Below, piece after piece: positions 27,896 to 41,700 of a stretch of 64,000 bases of DNA; the stretch's first letter is position 1; every line of letters begins with the position of its first letter. This DNA comes from a virus. Position numbers and translations under genes: made by a program. The notes under the pieces were generated by a model. That model ran no database searches. It worked only from the letters and a program-made list of their open reading frames with translations, and was not told the origin of the DNA. The stretch is taken from IMG/VR virus record IMGVR_UViG_3300025892_002699; one strand, written 5' to 3'.

Positions 27896-30103
27896 CTATG
27901 AAGTTAATGTAAGTGTTATCTCCCTGTCAAATGTCCACGCACCACCATTGACACCAAATTGTAATAATTTTCTTGTGGGAGCAAATGTGATTGCTCCAGT
28001 TACGTTTGAAGCATTTGATAACTCTTCTAGCACCTGTTTGTTTGCATTACCTACCACAGTAGTTCTTTCCACAGTACCAACAGTACAAGTTGCACTCTGC
28101 CAACCTGCCGCAGAAGTGTCTAAATTAATTGTGAAACTTACAAAGTTTGGACTTTCTGCTGAAAATTCAGCCGCCTGTATTGTGTAGTTGCCATCTATGT
28201 TGGCTGACACACCATTCACCACAGTTGTGCCTGAAATCACTATTGCTTGAGCACCTTCATAATAGTGCGAAGCAGTTGTGGTAATTTTAGTTGTTGCTAA
28301 TAAATTTGGATCTTGTGCACCAAATGTAACACTGGAAATAGTTCTTTGCATCACAGTTATTGTTTGATCCACTTGAGCATAATTTTTTAAACTCGAGAAA
28401 TCAAGTGTTGGTATTGTGAATCCGCCACCCGTTCCATAATCAACAGTCAACACTCTTGCTAAAGCACCATCGCTTCTTGCAGGGATCACACTGTTTGCAA
28501 ACACACCCAATGGTGGTTCTGCAGATCCGCTTCCATATCCTGCAACAGGATATAATGTTTGTAAAACTTCTCTTGTGTTTAGATAATTGTTTCCCACAGT
28601 GTTTTGCGTAAAGCCTGAAACATCTAATTGTAAACTGATAATCGTTGAACCATCTGTGTATTCTTTTGTGGCAACATCAGAAGCATTTACTGGTGTTCCG
28701 ACTCCTGTAATTCTTTTGTTACTTAAAACTTCTATTGCCGCTGTGTCTGAACTTAATTTTAACGACTCAGCATTTTGACTTGTGATTGTAGATCCATTAA
28801 TGTTTACATCATCTACATCTAAATTAACAAGTGTTCCTACAGATGTTAATGATGAACCTGCAACTGATCCGCCTAGAGCAGTTTCTGTTAGCACAGTGTT
28901 AGTGTTAATTTTAATACCTCTGCCTACAGCAAAGTCTAACCATTCCGAACTGGTCCAAGCATCTGTACCGTCTGCCCAAGCAAATGTTTTATCACCGTCT
29001 GCAGATTTTAAAGTAATTCCGCCACCGTCTGCTCCAGCATCGTTGGTTGTTACGCCATCGCTGTTTAAGTTTAATTCTATATTTTTATCTTCAACTCTTA
29101 AATTTACTGTGTCGACTGATGTTTGTGTTCCGCCTACAGTTAAATTGCCATCAATGATTGTGTCTCCGCCTACATGTAAACTTGCTGTTGGAGTTGATTT
29201 GTAAATTCCAACTGCAGAAGCAGAAGCGTCTATTTTGAATGCAGAAACTTCAGCCGGCGTTCTAACTTTTATTTCAACATCTTGATTGGATAATTGATTT
29301 GCTATCGTGAATGCATTGTTAGTGAATTGTAATTTTGTGTTTTGATTTAATCCAACAGTTAATCCTGCATTGTTTTGAATTGTTAAAGCACCTGTAGTGA
29401 TGTCATCACTGTCTGACACCAAATATTGATCTGCTGTACGCACAATGCCATTACCATCAACCAAAGATTCAGCAATAGTGGCTGTGCCTTTGTATTTGTA
29501 ATCTGTTCCTACTGTGTTAAATCCTTTTGATATCAATCCTGTTGGGTTAGACGCTGTAACAAGTTCTGTTATTCTTTCTGTCGATGTCGGCGTAAATGTA
29601 GCATTTGAATGAACTCCAACAAGGTTTCCACCAACAAACATTTTAACAATGGTTTGTGTAGTATTTTGTGTGTCAATCACACTTGCCACTTGATGACCTG
29701 ATGTGCCTTGTGCTGTTGAATAAGAAGGTCCTACTAATTGTAATCTCACACCATCGTAGAAATACATTTGACTGGTAACACTGTTGATCCAAAGATCACC
29801 TGCAACCATGTTAGGTTGTGTTTCAGTTACTGTGGTTCCACCTGATGATGTAAATGCTGATCCGTTGTAAACTTTTAATCTATTTTCTGCTGTGTCAAAC
29901 CAAAGTTGTCCTCTGATTGGATTTATAGGAGCAGATGCGTTAGCAAAATTTTCTAATAACTGTATGAAATTTTCATTTAATACTTCACCAAATCCTGAAT
30001 AATTTCTTCCGATCAGTGTTAAGTCACTGGAAGTGGTATCTAATTGACCGTCAATTAAATCTACAAGTAAACTGCCGTCAGTTTTATTCAACCTATAACT
30101 CAT
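27896..30103 (-). CDS. Tail fibre / baseplate-associated structural protein
   Basis: Shared N-term module ENFIQLLENFA..GQLWFD; VEDKNIEL..ADGGGITL fibre motif; DVATKEY. Confidence 0.65.
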   Translation of the reverse strand: MSYRLNKTDGSLLVDLIDGQLDTTSSDLTLIGRNYSGFGEVLNENFIQLLENFANASAPINPIRGQLWFDTAENRLKVYNGSAFTSSGGTTVTETQPNMVAGDLWINSVTSQMYFYDGVRLQLVGPSYSTAQGTSGHQVASVIDTQNTTQTIVKMFVGGNLVGVHSNATFTPTSTERITELVTASNPTGLISKGFNTVGTDYKYKGTATIAESLVDGNGIVRTADQYLVSDSDDITTGALTIQNNAGLTVGLNQNTKLQFTNNAFTIANQLSNQDVEIKVRTPAEVSAFKIDASASAVGIYKSTPTASLHVGGDTIIDGNLTVGGTQTSVDTVNLRVEDKNIELNLNSDGVTTNDAGADGGGITLKSADGDKTFAWADGTDAWTSSEWLDFAVGRGIKINTNTVLTETALGGSVAGSSLTSVGTLVNLDVDDVNINGSTITSQNAESLKLSSDTAAIEVLSNKRITGVGTPVNASDVATKEYTDGSTIISLQLDVSGFTQNTVGNNYLNTREVLQTLYPVAGYGSGSAEPPLGVFANSVIPARSDGALARVLTVDYGTGGGFTIPTLDFSSLKNYAQVDQTITVMQRTISSVTFGAQDPNLLATTKITTTASHYYEGAQAIVISGTTVVNGVSANIDGNYTIQAAEFSAESPNFVSFTINLDTSAAGWQSATCTVGTVERTTVVGNANKQVLEELSNASNVTGAITFAPTRKLLQFGVNGGAWTFDREITLTLTS

Positions 30104-32133
30104 TATGCTCCTCCAGTATAAATGATGTAGTTTAATGTTAAGTATGGATTCATCACATCCATTGCTTGTCCTATTGTTCCGTCAATGCCACCTGAATTAG
30201 GTAATTGCTGAGCACCATTGGTGTTTGCTAAATCTGGTCCACTTGTTGTTGTTACAGCAGGATCTGTAGAAGCACCTGCAATGTTTCTTCCTGCAAAGAA
30301 TTGATCACCATTGTTTGCTCTTAAATCGTGTTCGTGTTCTGGAAGGTTTTCTTTTGTAATAGTTTTATCTTCATTACCAGCACCTGATCCCAATGCATCT
30401 GCAACGGGCGATGTTACTCTGTCTGCTGAACCTTGTCCTAAACCAGGATTACTCATGTTGTCTTTACCTAGTGGAAATCTACCACGCATGTCTGGTAACT
30501 TGAAAACTGAAGAACTGCTTGGAGTTCCAAATTGTGTTCCAATTGCTTGAAACAGTTGATTGTAAACTGATCTTTGCACTTCTGCACCATCACACAACAA
30601 CCAATCCGAAGGAGCAGTTGCTCCAGCATAAGGCATCATGGATGCTACTGGTGGTGTTGCTATTGAATTAGTAATTGCTCCAACAGTTGTTTTAAAGATT
30701 CCTGTTGTTCCTGATGTTCTATTGATAATAATTTCATCACCAACTGCACTTGTTGTTGTCAATGTTTGATTACCTATAAATGAATTGTTTATGCTTGTTG
30801 TAAAAGTTTTTGTTGTTCCGCCAGTTTGTCCATCAAATGAAACATCAACTGCTGTAACATCTCCCGTCAATCTAAATGTTGTTGCTTGGGCAATTTTATC
30901 AGCCGTTGTAGCACTTGTGGCATTTCCTGTTATACTGCTTGTAACAACACTACCTGCTTGTATTTGATTAGCATACACTGTGTTGTATCTATTTGTGGTT
31001 GAACCTAAATTGTAAGTTAAATTTTGTGAAGGTAAAACAGACTGTGCTGTAACGTCACCAGCAAAAGTTCCTGTTCCACCAATGTTTGCATTAAGAGCCA
31101 CACCTAAACCACCTTTAGAAACAATTGCTCCTGTGCCTATGTTGACTGATGGTGATGTGCTGTTTGACACTATTGTGCCTGATGATAAAATATTTCCTGT
31201 GACATCTAATGCTTCATTTGGATTTGTTTTGTTAATACCAACTTGTTGTTGTGAACTAATTCTCATCACTGTTGATATCGAGCCACCATTGTTTAATCTA
31301 AAATCTATTTCTTCGTCTTGTGTTCCTAATTGAATTATACCTGCTTGATTTTCAACAAACATTTTGAATGTTCCAGCAGATCCAACTTCAAGACCTTGAT
31401 CTGTTTTGATTTTTATAGGAAAATCTGTTAATGATGTTGTGTCTCCTCTTAAAAAATTTCCTGCGGCAACTGTTGAATTACCAACCACTAATGATTCTGC
31501 TTTTTCAGATGTACCATATAATTTGTTTACGTCTGCACCAAAGTTTGTTGCACTTAGATTTACTCCTGGATTCAATGCTGAAAAACCTGGAATAGTAATT
31601 TTAGGAGTGAATGAATTTTTAGAAATTATAGCAACTGTCTGTGCTTCAACTTCTAATTTAACAATGTTGTATGTTAAATCATCTGTGCCAGTTACTGATT
31701 CTGGTGTTGCACCAGTTGTTAATCCTTGACTGTATTGTGGACCTATTAAAATCCATCCTGATCCAGTAAACAGGTATAGTTGTTGAGCATTTGTATCTAC
31801 CCATAAATCTCCTGAAATACTTTCAGATGCACTTGGTTGATTGATTGCTTTTTTCAATCCACCTGCCGCTACCCAATTTGCTCCGTCATACACTTTAAGT
31901 TGATTTACACCTGATGTAGTATCAAACCAAGTTTGTCCTTCAATTGGTCTTAATGGTGCTGAACTGTTAGCAAAATTTTCTAATATGTTTAAAAAGTTTT
32001 CTGATATAACTGTTCCATATGAAGTTGTATTCTTTCCTGGAAAATTGATGCTGGTTTGATTGTTAACAGTGTTGTCCTCAATCGTGATAGTGCCTTTGTT
32101 TACAGCATCAGTAAAACTTATTGTATATGCCAT
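30103..32133 (-). CDS. Tail fibre protein with tail-collar domain (gp12/short-fibre-like)
   Basis: Shared N-term module; C-term MPYAGATAPSDWLLCDG...FKLPDMRGRFPLG...HEH...NPYLTLNYII. Confidence 0.8.
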   Translation of the reverse strand: MAYTISFTDAVNKGTITIEDNTVNNQTSINFPGKNTTSYGTVISENFLNILENFANSSAPLRPIEGQTWFDTTSGVNQLKVYDGANWVAAGGLKKAINQPSASESISGDLWVDTNAQQLYLFTGSGWILIGPQYSQGLTTGATPESVTGTDDLTYNIVKLEVEAQTVAIISKNSFTPKITIPGFSALNPGVNLSATNFGADVNKLYGTSEKAESLVVGNSTVAAGNFLRGDTTSLTDFPIKIKTDQGLEVGSAGTFKMFVENQAGIIQLGTQDEEIDFRLNNGGSISTVMRISSQQQVGINKTNPNEALDVTGNILSSGTIVSNSTSPSVNIGTGAIVSKGGLGVALNANIGGTGTFAGDVTAQSVLPSQNLTYNLGSTTNRYNTVYANQIQAGSVVTSSITGNATSATTADKIAQATTFRLTGDVTAVDVSFDGQTGGTTKTFTTSINNSFIGNQTLTTTSAVGDEIIINRTSGTTGIFKTTVGAITNSIATPPVASMMPYAGATAPSDWLLCDGAEVQRSVYNQLFQAIGTQFGTPSSSSVFKLPDMRGRFPLGKDNMSNPGLGQGSADRVTSPVADALGSGAGNEDKTITKENLPEHEHDLRANNGDQFFAGRNIAGASTDPAVTTTSGPDLANTNGAQQLPNSGGIDGTIGQAMDVMNPYLTLNYIIYTGGA

Positions 32134-32136
32134 TTA

Positions 32137-32748
32137 TTATCCTTCGTTAAAACCTGTCAAACTTTGAACTCTTACTGTGTAGTCAATCTGTATCAGTCTG
32201 TTTAAACTTTTTTGTACTGGGTGAAAAATTACATGTGTTAATAATTTGCCTGTTCCACTTGGCGAGTAACTTACTAATCCTAATTCATCAAACACATATA
32301 AACTGTCTGATCCACTTGCTGTATCCACAGCATCTTGACCATTTGGCTCACCATAGTCTAACAAACAAGTTACAACAACATCTGTGTAATTTGTTCCATT
32401 GATATGTCTTGTTTCTATTTTGTTTCTTTGCGGATCTAGGTTTGAAACTGATCTGTCGTCAACAATCTTTGTGTATGTTTGATTGTACAGTGTAGCATTT
32501 GTACCTGTACTGTTTGGTGTAAGATATGTGATGATCCCTGTTGGGTCAACACTCGTTCCGCCGTTTCCAAACGACATTGAATTTATGAATCCTTGTCCCT
32601 GATTAGCAACACTTTCTGCCAAAGCAACACTCATATTTTCATAATGAATTGCATTGCGTTTATCAACAAAAATCTTGTCTGATTCAGGATCGTGTATTTT
32701 AATGTGTCCTTGTATTAATACACCGCTGTTGTCTTTAATTTTGCTCAT
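32137..32748 (-). CDS. Virion structural protein (baseplate-associated)
   Basis: GHIKI...NAIH...FGNGG...FDELGL...HPVQKSLNR..IDYT; located in the structural operon. Confidence 0.55.
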   Translation of the reverse strand: MSKIKDNSGVLIQGHIKIHDPESDKIFVDKRNAIHYENMSVALAESVANQGQGFINSMSFGNGGTSVDPTGIITYLTPNSTGTNATLYNQTYTKIVDDRSVSNLDPQRNKIETRHINGTNYTDVVVTCLLDYGEPNGQDAVDTASGSDSLYVFDELGLVSYSPSGTGKLLTHVIFHPVQKSLNRLIQIDYTVRVQSLTGFNEG

Positions 32749-32772
32749 TTTTGCTCCGTTCTACCATTGTAT

Positions 32773-35700
32773 TTATTGCGGCACAGCCACTTCTTTTTGA
32801 CGTATGAATCTTGCAATGTCATTTTCCGTCTGACTTAGTGGATCTGTTCCTGTTTGCCATATTTTACCTTGTTTTCTTACCAGCAAAATTTGGGCATTTT
32901 CGACTGGCGTGCTAGTGAAAGTGATCACAGCAGTCGTTCCTGTCACACTGAATTCTGCAGGCACTGTGCTATCTGCTTCTGGACTATCTTGTCCTAAAGT
33001 AGGATCATACACACTAATACTGTTTTTTCTCATTCTCTTACCACCTACAAACAGTTCAAATTCATTGACTGATTTTGGTGTAAACCCTATATTAAGAGTA
33101 TTGTTCACCACATCTGCACCTGTGTAAGTTTCAGATATGAAAGAATCTTTATATGGAACATTTTGGAACGCACTTTGATCGTAAACATCAGTGTTGGCAT
33201 GATGTATTTCTGCTATACCAGTACCAAAGGTTCCGCGTCTTAGTTGTTGTAACTTGTTGCCATCCTTTTTGTAATATTCAATTCGTTCATTGTCTATAAA
33301 AATAATACCTGGTTGTTGTGAAGCAACACTAGGTTCTGTTATTCCAGTAGCATCAATCAACTCAATTTCTTTGTCATTCCATGATAAATTTTGTGCCAAT
33401 GTGTATTGTTTGTCATCGCCAATACGTTTGAAATGAGTTCTGTTCATAATGTCTTTGAATTGTCTATATGCAAATTTACCAACAAAACTTGGAGCAGTGA
33501 AATGAATCACATCTATTTCATCATTTTGCGATAATGTTCTATTAATTTTCAAATACATTTGGTTGTTGGAAACTGTGTAGTCCACACTTGGTGCTAGCCA
33601 TTCACCATTTACGCATACCCAAACATATTGAGCATCAACTGCCGGACGATTTAATTTTACAATACCATTTGTCAATTGATTGTATTGGAAATAATCTTCT
33701 GTGTTGACTGTGATTGTTAATTTTTCCACAACATCATATTGTGTTCTATCTATATCTTGTACATCATGTTTGCTGAATTGATATATTGTAACTGTGCTTG
33801 ATTGAGCTGGAGCAGTTGTAAATGTTATCAATCCACTATCGTTTACACTGTACTCGCCATTTTCAATATACACATCAACTGTGTCGCCTACTTGACCTAT
33901 TCCTGTGCTTAATGTAATACTTGAATTTCCAGGGTTCCATCTGTATTCAGCAGATGTTAATTCTATTTTGTTAATGTATGCTCTTACATCCGTGGCATTG
34001 ATTGTGCCTGGTAACACTTGCCAATTTTCAAATTCATATTCTCTTAATGTGCTTACAGTGAATCTTCTGTGGAATCCACTTCTTAGAACATCATTGTTTA
34101 CTTTTACAATCACATTGTTTGTGAAAGGTGTTTGTGTGAAAGGAGTTTGATTCATTTGGTAAGATACTGTACTTCCATCTCCTGTAAATGTGTCTTGAGT
34201 AACTTCACTGAACGACTGCGAAGCACTTTCATACACCACAATGTTTATGAAACTGTCTGATGCAGGAGCATTGTTGAATCTAATTGCCACTCTGTTAGGA
34301 ACAGCATAAGAAGAATCTGTTTCAATCACAGAATAAGTTGCGTCTTGTCCGTCTACTTTCACAAAGGTTTGTATGTTGCCTGCTTTGAATTTCGCTCTTG
34401 TTACGTATTCAACTGTGCTTCCGTCTCCTGTAAATGTATCAACATCTAATATAGACTCTCCATTGTTGCCCATGGTAATAAAGTTAATCTTGTCGCCAAC
34501 TGCTGGTGCTTGATCCAAATCAATGTGTTTATCTTGATAGTTCACTGTGAATTGATTTGTGTTGTATAAAATATTGTTTATGCTTAAGAATATTGCTGTG
34601 TTGCTTTGTGGTGAATCCACAAAACCAAATTCTGTTGTTGTGCCATCTCCAACATAATTGTAACTGTTAATTTTACTTCCTGAATTTTGTCCTCTGTCAT
34701 ACACTTGAATGTCTAAAGTATCTAAAACTTGTCCTGGAACAAATTCTTCTGGTCCTTTTGCAGTTGTTTCTGTAACAAAACCGTCACCGTCAACATTTAT
34801 ATCTTCTGCATTTATACCTTGTGCAGTTGAATATGTTAAGTCTCCGCCTTTTACTAAAGTGTCCACAATGTTTGGATCTGGTAAAAATGATCCATCACTT
34901 GTGGATTTTCTAACAATGATTATATCACCGTCATCAGTTTCTAACATACTGATATCAACTGTTTTTGTAGATCCATCACCTTGTAATGAATTCATTTGTG
35001 CTAAAATATTTGTAGGATTACCGGCATCAAATGCAGGATCATCCACTCTTTTTCCATTTTGATAAATGTGATATTCAATGCCAGACACCAACGTGTTTGC
35101 AAGATTTAATGTTAATGTACTGCCGTCTAAATAGAATACTTCATCTTCATAACTTTCGTCAAACGTATCCCACTCACTTTCCATGAAAGGTTCATTGCCC
35201 CAACCTGAGTTGTTTTCAAACCCAATACTTCTCACTTCAACTCCACCGTAATCTATACCATCAATTACCTGTGCTAATTCTTTTCCAGGCATTCCTGATG
35301 TTGGTTCATACAATGCGAATCTGTCAGCAGTGTTTAAAATATCTTCATTTATTTTGTAACTGATTGAAATTGTTGATAAATTTGCAGGCGGTAAAGTAAA
35401 TTGGATATATCCTGTGTTTCTAACATATGTTTTTGTTTCATCTATTTCATTTGCATATGTGAATTCACTTTTCAATTGTTTTTTGCCTGCCACTAGTATC
35501 GAAATTGTGTTTGTACGCAGATCCATTGGCCATTTTAATTTAAATTTTAATTTACTTGCATTGCCTGTGAATGTTTCAGTTCTTTGTAAACTGGTAATAA
35601 ATGTATCTCCTGTGTTTCTATCAAATTTTATTCCTATGTGTGTCGTTCTCGGTAAACTTTCACCTAACACAGCACTTGCTTTGGCTTGAGTACCTGTCGT

Positions 35701-38700
35701 TGATCCACTTAATGTTATTGTTGGCGAAGAAATATATCCCGATCCACTGTTTGTTACATTTATTCTATAAACTTTTCCATTTTTAATGTATGCAGTAGCA
35801 GTCGCGCCTGTTCCGCCGCCGCCGGTAATTACCACAGCAGGTGGATTAGTGTATGATGTCCCGCCATTTGCAATGTTGATTGCAGTGATTTTGTAACCTA
35901 TGTTATCTTTCCAATTTTTGTCTGGATATGTTGTAATGCCATCTGCACCAATCAACTCATCATTGTTAACTGTAACTTTTGATGGAGTAATTTCACCATT
36001 CACATATTTAGGTGCATAATCAAAATCAGTGATTACACTATTTGTTGGTTCAGTTTTTTCATATGAACTAACGTATTCTCTAATTTTAGATTTATATGGT
36101 TTAATTTCCTGCACATAATCTTCATAATTTGATAGGTTGTCATTTTTAAACGTAATTTTTTGTTCTAATTCACCTACATTGTGTTGAGCTTTAACAAAAC
36201 TTGTTTTAAAAACAAAATCGTTTAGTTTATTTTCAGACAACGCATACTGAATGCCAGCAAAATACATTTTGTTGTATTCTATTGCTAATTCTTCTACAAA
36301 TATTTTGTCTCTGATTGTTTCTAATATTACACGTGTCTCTTGAATTGGCTGTCTATCATACAACTGAATATCAAAACTGTTTGAATCAAATCCAACATTG
36401 CCACTGTACACATACAATTTCTCAGAAAATTGAATAGTTCCGTTTTGTCTTCCAACTGTTTCATAATTCACAGTGTAATCCACATCAGTTTGATTATCAA
36501 TTTTTTTCAACAACAACCATCCACCAGATCCTATTGTTTCAATTTTTACAATCTGTCCAATGCTGTCATCTAGAGTATTAATTTCATAACTTTGTGCAAT
36601 CACATGGTCAATAGCAGTAAATTGACTGTAATCAGTTTTATACCAGTCAGCATAATTCCAATATAGATTCACATTGAACGCTTGTATTTTTGTTTTCTGC
36701 CATCCATCTCCAACAGTGTAATTGTATATTGCCCACTTGCCATCTACTGTACTGTCGGCATTGACCAATGCACTGAATGTTCTAACTTGTACAGTTGCAT
36801 TATCTTTGTAATTGCTTCCTGCTTTTAAAACTTTAGCACTGTTAATAGAACCATTGACATCTATCGTTAATCCTATTACAGCATCTTCGCCTGTGATGCT
36901 TTTTATCTTGTATGTTGGAATTGATTTATATCCTTTACCAGCATCTGTAATTGTAACGTTAGAAATTTGTCCGTTTGTCACTGTAATATTCAACGATGCA
37001 GGTTTAACTGATCCTACTCCTACAAAATCTAGATCCTTTTCTGTATCAACAGTTGTGTCAAATAACCCTGTGTTGATAGTTGGTGCTGGATCTGATTTTA
37101 TCAAATTACTGATGTCAATTTCATCAACAACTAGTTTTGTTTTTAAAGAAGTATTGACTCTTTCCATTGTTTGCTTCAATGCTTCTTGTTTGTTAGCAAA
37201 CCAACTTTGTCTTGGATTTTGTAATGTACCGTATTTTAATTTGTCACTTAAATTAGGATCAGGCACAGGGTTTAATTTTGAATCATAACCAATTAAACTG
37301 TCGAACCAAACTGTTTCTACATCTTTAGGCAGTGTGCTTGTAGCAGAATCTTGTGTTAATAAAGCATATTCTTTATGGATATTGTTTTTACTTTCTACTG
37401 TGTTCAATCTAAAACTTATAATTGTGTCTTTGTCTTGAATAAATGAATCGCAGTTGATAATTGCAAATTTGTTTTTGCCAAACACAGTCACATATTTGTA
37501 ACCTTGAGCTCTTGGATCTTTAATCATTTTTTCAACAGCATTTGCACTTAATTTTCTTGATTCTAATTCTGGAGTTGTTGTTTTACTCTTAACCCAATAA
37601 AAATATCTGTTAGATAACACACCAGCAACTTTATCATAAACTTTTTTAGTTACGAAATCTGTTGTTCGTTCAACTGTTCCTGTAATACCCAATGCTGATC
37701 CTTCATCGGACTCACTGATTGTGTTGTATTGTGCAGGTGTATAAGGTGATTCTATCCATTCATGCACATCAATACTGGCACCTACAAATAATTTGTTCCA
37801 ATATGAATTATTGAAAATTATATTACTTTGGTAAGGATAGTAATAAGTTGCTTTGCTGATGTTCCACCATAATTTGCCCACTTGCGAATCGTCCCAGTGA
37901 TTGGTTGTATCCAATGTTCCAACTGTTGTAGAACTATTATACACTGCTGGATCATAATTTGTTTTGTATGAAATTTCAGCCTCTGCTGGTCCAGGAATTT
38001 TTCCAAATATTGGATCAACATAATCTAATCTTGTTAATAGTTTGTTTGTAGACTTGCTGTAAAGGAATATTCCTTGTATTTTTGATAAATCCGGTTGATC
38101 TATTCCTTCACTGCTTTCATGCAGACTGTTCCAATTAAATTCTACAGGTGATTTTCTAAAATCAACCAACGTTCCTTTTTCTTTGTTTTCTAATTGTAGT
38201 TTAGGTAATCCCACATAAACGTGATTGTTGTTAACCAACAAGTTAGTTCCAAATTGTTCTAATGTGTCATTTACGTAGGTAAATTTTTCACCATATAACA
38301 AAGTGTTTTCAAATTTTTGATACAGGTGTATTGATCCTACATCTGATTGTGTTTCCACAAAGTTTGTCATTTCGCCATCAAACACTGTTTCTCCAGCATC
38401 AATCAATGTAGACAATTGCTGATCACCTTTTAATGATGTAACTGCTAATATGTCTCCACTAAACGATAATGTATTTCCAAATTGTGCTGATGTTTCTCTG
38501 CTTGGACTCACAAGTGTTTGATTCAATGTGTATTGTCCAGAATCATTATCAACTTTCTTGTATACATAAACTGATCCCATGTCTGTGTCAGCAAGATCTA
38601 CCAATGGACTTCCAACAGCAATTAACTCACCGTCTCCAGATATGCTTATGTCTGCACCGAAATTAATAATCGCGGCAGAATCATCCACAGGTGTTATGGT

Positions 38701-41700
38701 TTGTTTGTAAGTGTAGTGTCCATCACTCTGTCTATAGACCACAACATTCTGACTGTCATCACTGTATTTGTTTGTCAGCACAACATTCACACCATTTGTG
38801 TCAACATCAAAAGTGTTGGCAAATTTAATTAAATTGTTTTGATCCAATGTGGAATCGCCTTGCAGTTCAACACCAGTATCATTAGGCACATAACCTAAAA
38901 AGTCTGTGTGAGTGTCTTGTAATGTCCATAAACTAGACTGCCAAACATTTGCACTTATATTTGTTTTTGCTTTGTACAATTGATTTCCAAACACAACCAA
39001 TTCGTCTTTTAGGTAATCTGTTTGATCATCAAACACACCCATGTAATTTTTATCTACACCCAACCACCAATTTTTAGTAGCACTGTAATTTACAAAATAA
39101 ATTTTGCCTGGTAAGTTGGAAGTGCCATCACCTTCAGCGCCGATGAATGCTGTGATATTGCCTCCAACATCACGCAATTGAATTCTGCTTCCTAATCTTA
39201 AACCACTTTGAGTGTCAGGTACAGTGTATGCAGAACTGTATTCAAACAATCCTTGTGTATTTTTTTTGTAAATTAAAAATGCACCTTGATTTGTAAAACC
39301 GCTTTGAACACCTTCTCCAATCGGTATATTGTGTATTTGTAACCAATCTTTATTTTTACTTCCTGGTATATTAGCAGTTTGGCTGATTCCAGCCACATTT
39401 TCAAATTCGTCCCAAATCCAATACTCTGTATCATTCACTGTGTAGAAGTCTGGATCACCTGATGCTGTAATAGGTGCTGTGTGTTCAAAAACTAAAATAT
39501 CCCCGTCTGTGTCTCCTGATTGTACTGCTTGTTCAATTGATCCCAACGTTCTGTTTACTCCGCCACCTATTCTAGTAATAGTAGATGACGCACCAGCATT
39601 GGATCCTAGACTAAACTGTTTATTGTTACTGTTATTAAAGTAAATTCTAATTTTTTCTAAGGCTATAAATTGAACGAAAGTTACATCCGCTTGTGCCTGA
39701 GTAAGTGGATCGTAAATTTGGTGTACGCCTGCTGTTGGAAAATAATAATTTGCATTGTTGTCCGGTTGTGAATCTACATCAACGTAACCTTCCCATATGT
39801 CCACAACTTCTTTAAGTCCATTTGTATCCGAACTATCGATGTTCAACGTGGCAAAAGTCTCAGTGTCATCCTTGTTGATCCACACACTAACGTTGTTGCT
39901 TGAATTACTAGAATTTAACGTGCTGTCATGAGCAATATCATAACCTGTTCTCACAAACCACTTGTTACTTAAAGTTGCTTGAGGAGTTGCATTGATCTGC
40001 CATGAATTTGTTCCTGCATCTATGTAATAATCTTGATAGTATGTTCCAATACCAAATTGTGCTTTTACTAAAGGTGCTTGAGGAGTTATTGGAGCAATGG
40101 ATTGTTCTAACGAACTGAAAAACAAGTTGGTGTCTCTTACTTCATTCAACACCTTTATGTCTTGTATTACAGTATTAGTTGTAACATCCGATCCTGCATT
40201 GGTTGAAACATTGGCTCCTATGCCTACTTTCCACCAACCGCCTAAATAATCGTATGCTTCTGAATTTACTCTTGAATAATCCCCTATAGGTAATATGTCT
40301 AACAATAAACTTCCGCTTTCAGCAAATACACCAGAAACATCTTTAAGGTATATTAATGTCTTAGCGGCAACTTTTCTTACATAAACAACTGTACCTTCTG
40401 CTGTGGATGTGCTTAATAAGTTTCCTATCACAGGGTCTGTCAATGTGTTAGACACTTCTAATATTTCATCAATCTTTTCTTGAATAGATATTTCAGCACC
40501 ACTGAATATATTGTTCTTGATGGTTGGAGAATCTGCTCCATTAAACGGTTCTAGAGGTGCTTTAGAATAATTGTTTCTATCAATTGGATAAGCACTGTTA
40601 AAATCAAGATAATCTAATATGAGTCTATCACCTATTTTAGTTGCTGTGTATTGATCAGCAGATGCTCTTATCAACATGTGATCTGTGGTTTGATTTGCAA
40701 AGATACTGTCGCCTATCAATAAATTTGTTGTTTGAAATCCAACATTTTCTTTGTAAAAAGCCGATGCGTCAAATGTTGAAAATAAATCTTGTGCTATTTC
40801 ACCTTCAACTTGATTTGTTGCTCTCCAAAGTTGTTGTTTGTATTGTACTATGTTTCCAACATTGTAGTTAGAACTTGTACTATACACTCCTTTGTATTCA
40901 GTTTTTAAATTGCCGGCATTTGGAGCACCTATTACTACAAAATTTCCATCTGGTGAAATATCAACTGCTTTACCAAAATTACTTGATGCACCAAATAAAT
41001 CAACATTTGATAACAATGGATCTGTTGTGGGTGCTTCTATTATTTGTGCCAATGATAATGTTCCGCTCTCAGAGCCTCTTGTGAACACATAAATTTTTCC
41101 ATCTTCATCTGTGGGTTGACTGACCAACACTGTAGAGTTTTGTTTATTTGCCGCTATAACTGTGCCGAAACTTTCGTCTCCTGATATGCTTGTAGAACTT
41201 AATTCATTGTGTTTTTTGAATACAAATTTGTTATTAACAATTTTCCATTTGCCATCATCTGATTCATCAACCCAAAATTTCTCATTGTTTCTTAGTCCTT
41301 GATCAACTATTCTTGTGTTTATATCTGTGATAGCACTTAATCTTGATTCAGTAAATCTTTTAATAAAACCAACAGCAGAAGGTATTGAAGCAAATCCTTG
41401 TACATCTTCACATTGAATAGATGTAATACCAACAAAAGTAGATTTGAAAACATAATCTGTACCATCAGCATTTACAACAAAAATTTCTCCTACTTCCATG
41501 TCTGGATTGTTCAATGTGTTTACAGTGATAGTTGAACCATCTTTAATTATAGAAACAATTTTTTGCTCTGTGTTACTGAACCTTAAAACATTCCAAGTGC
41601 CTTTTTTATTACCCACCCAAACGTATTGCCCTTCGTCTAGTGTTGACACACTTGTTGACGTCAACAAGTCATCATAATCTGCTAGAGTTAGTGTGATGTC

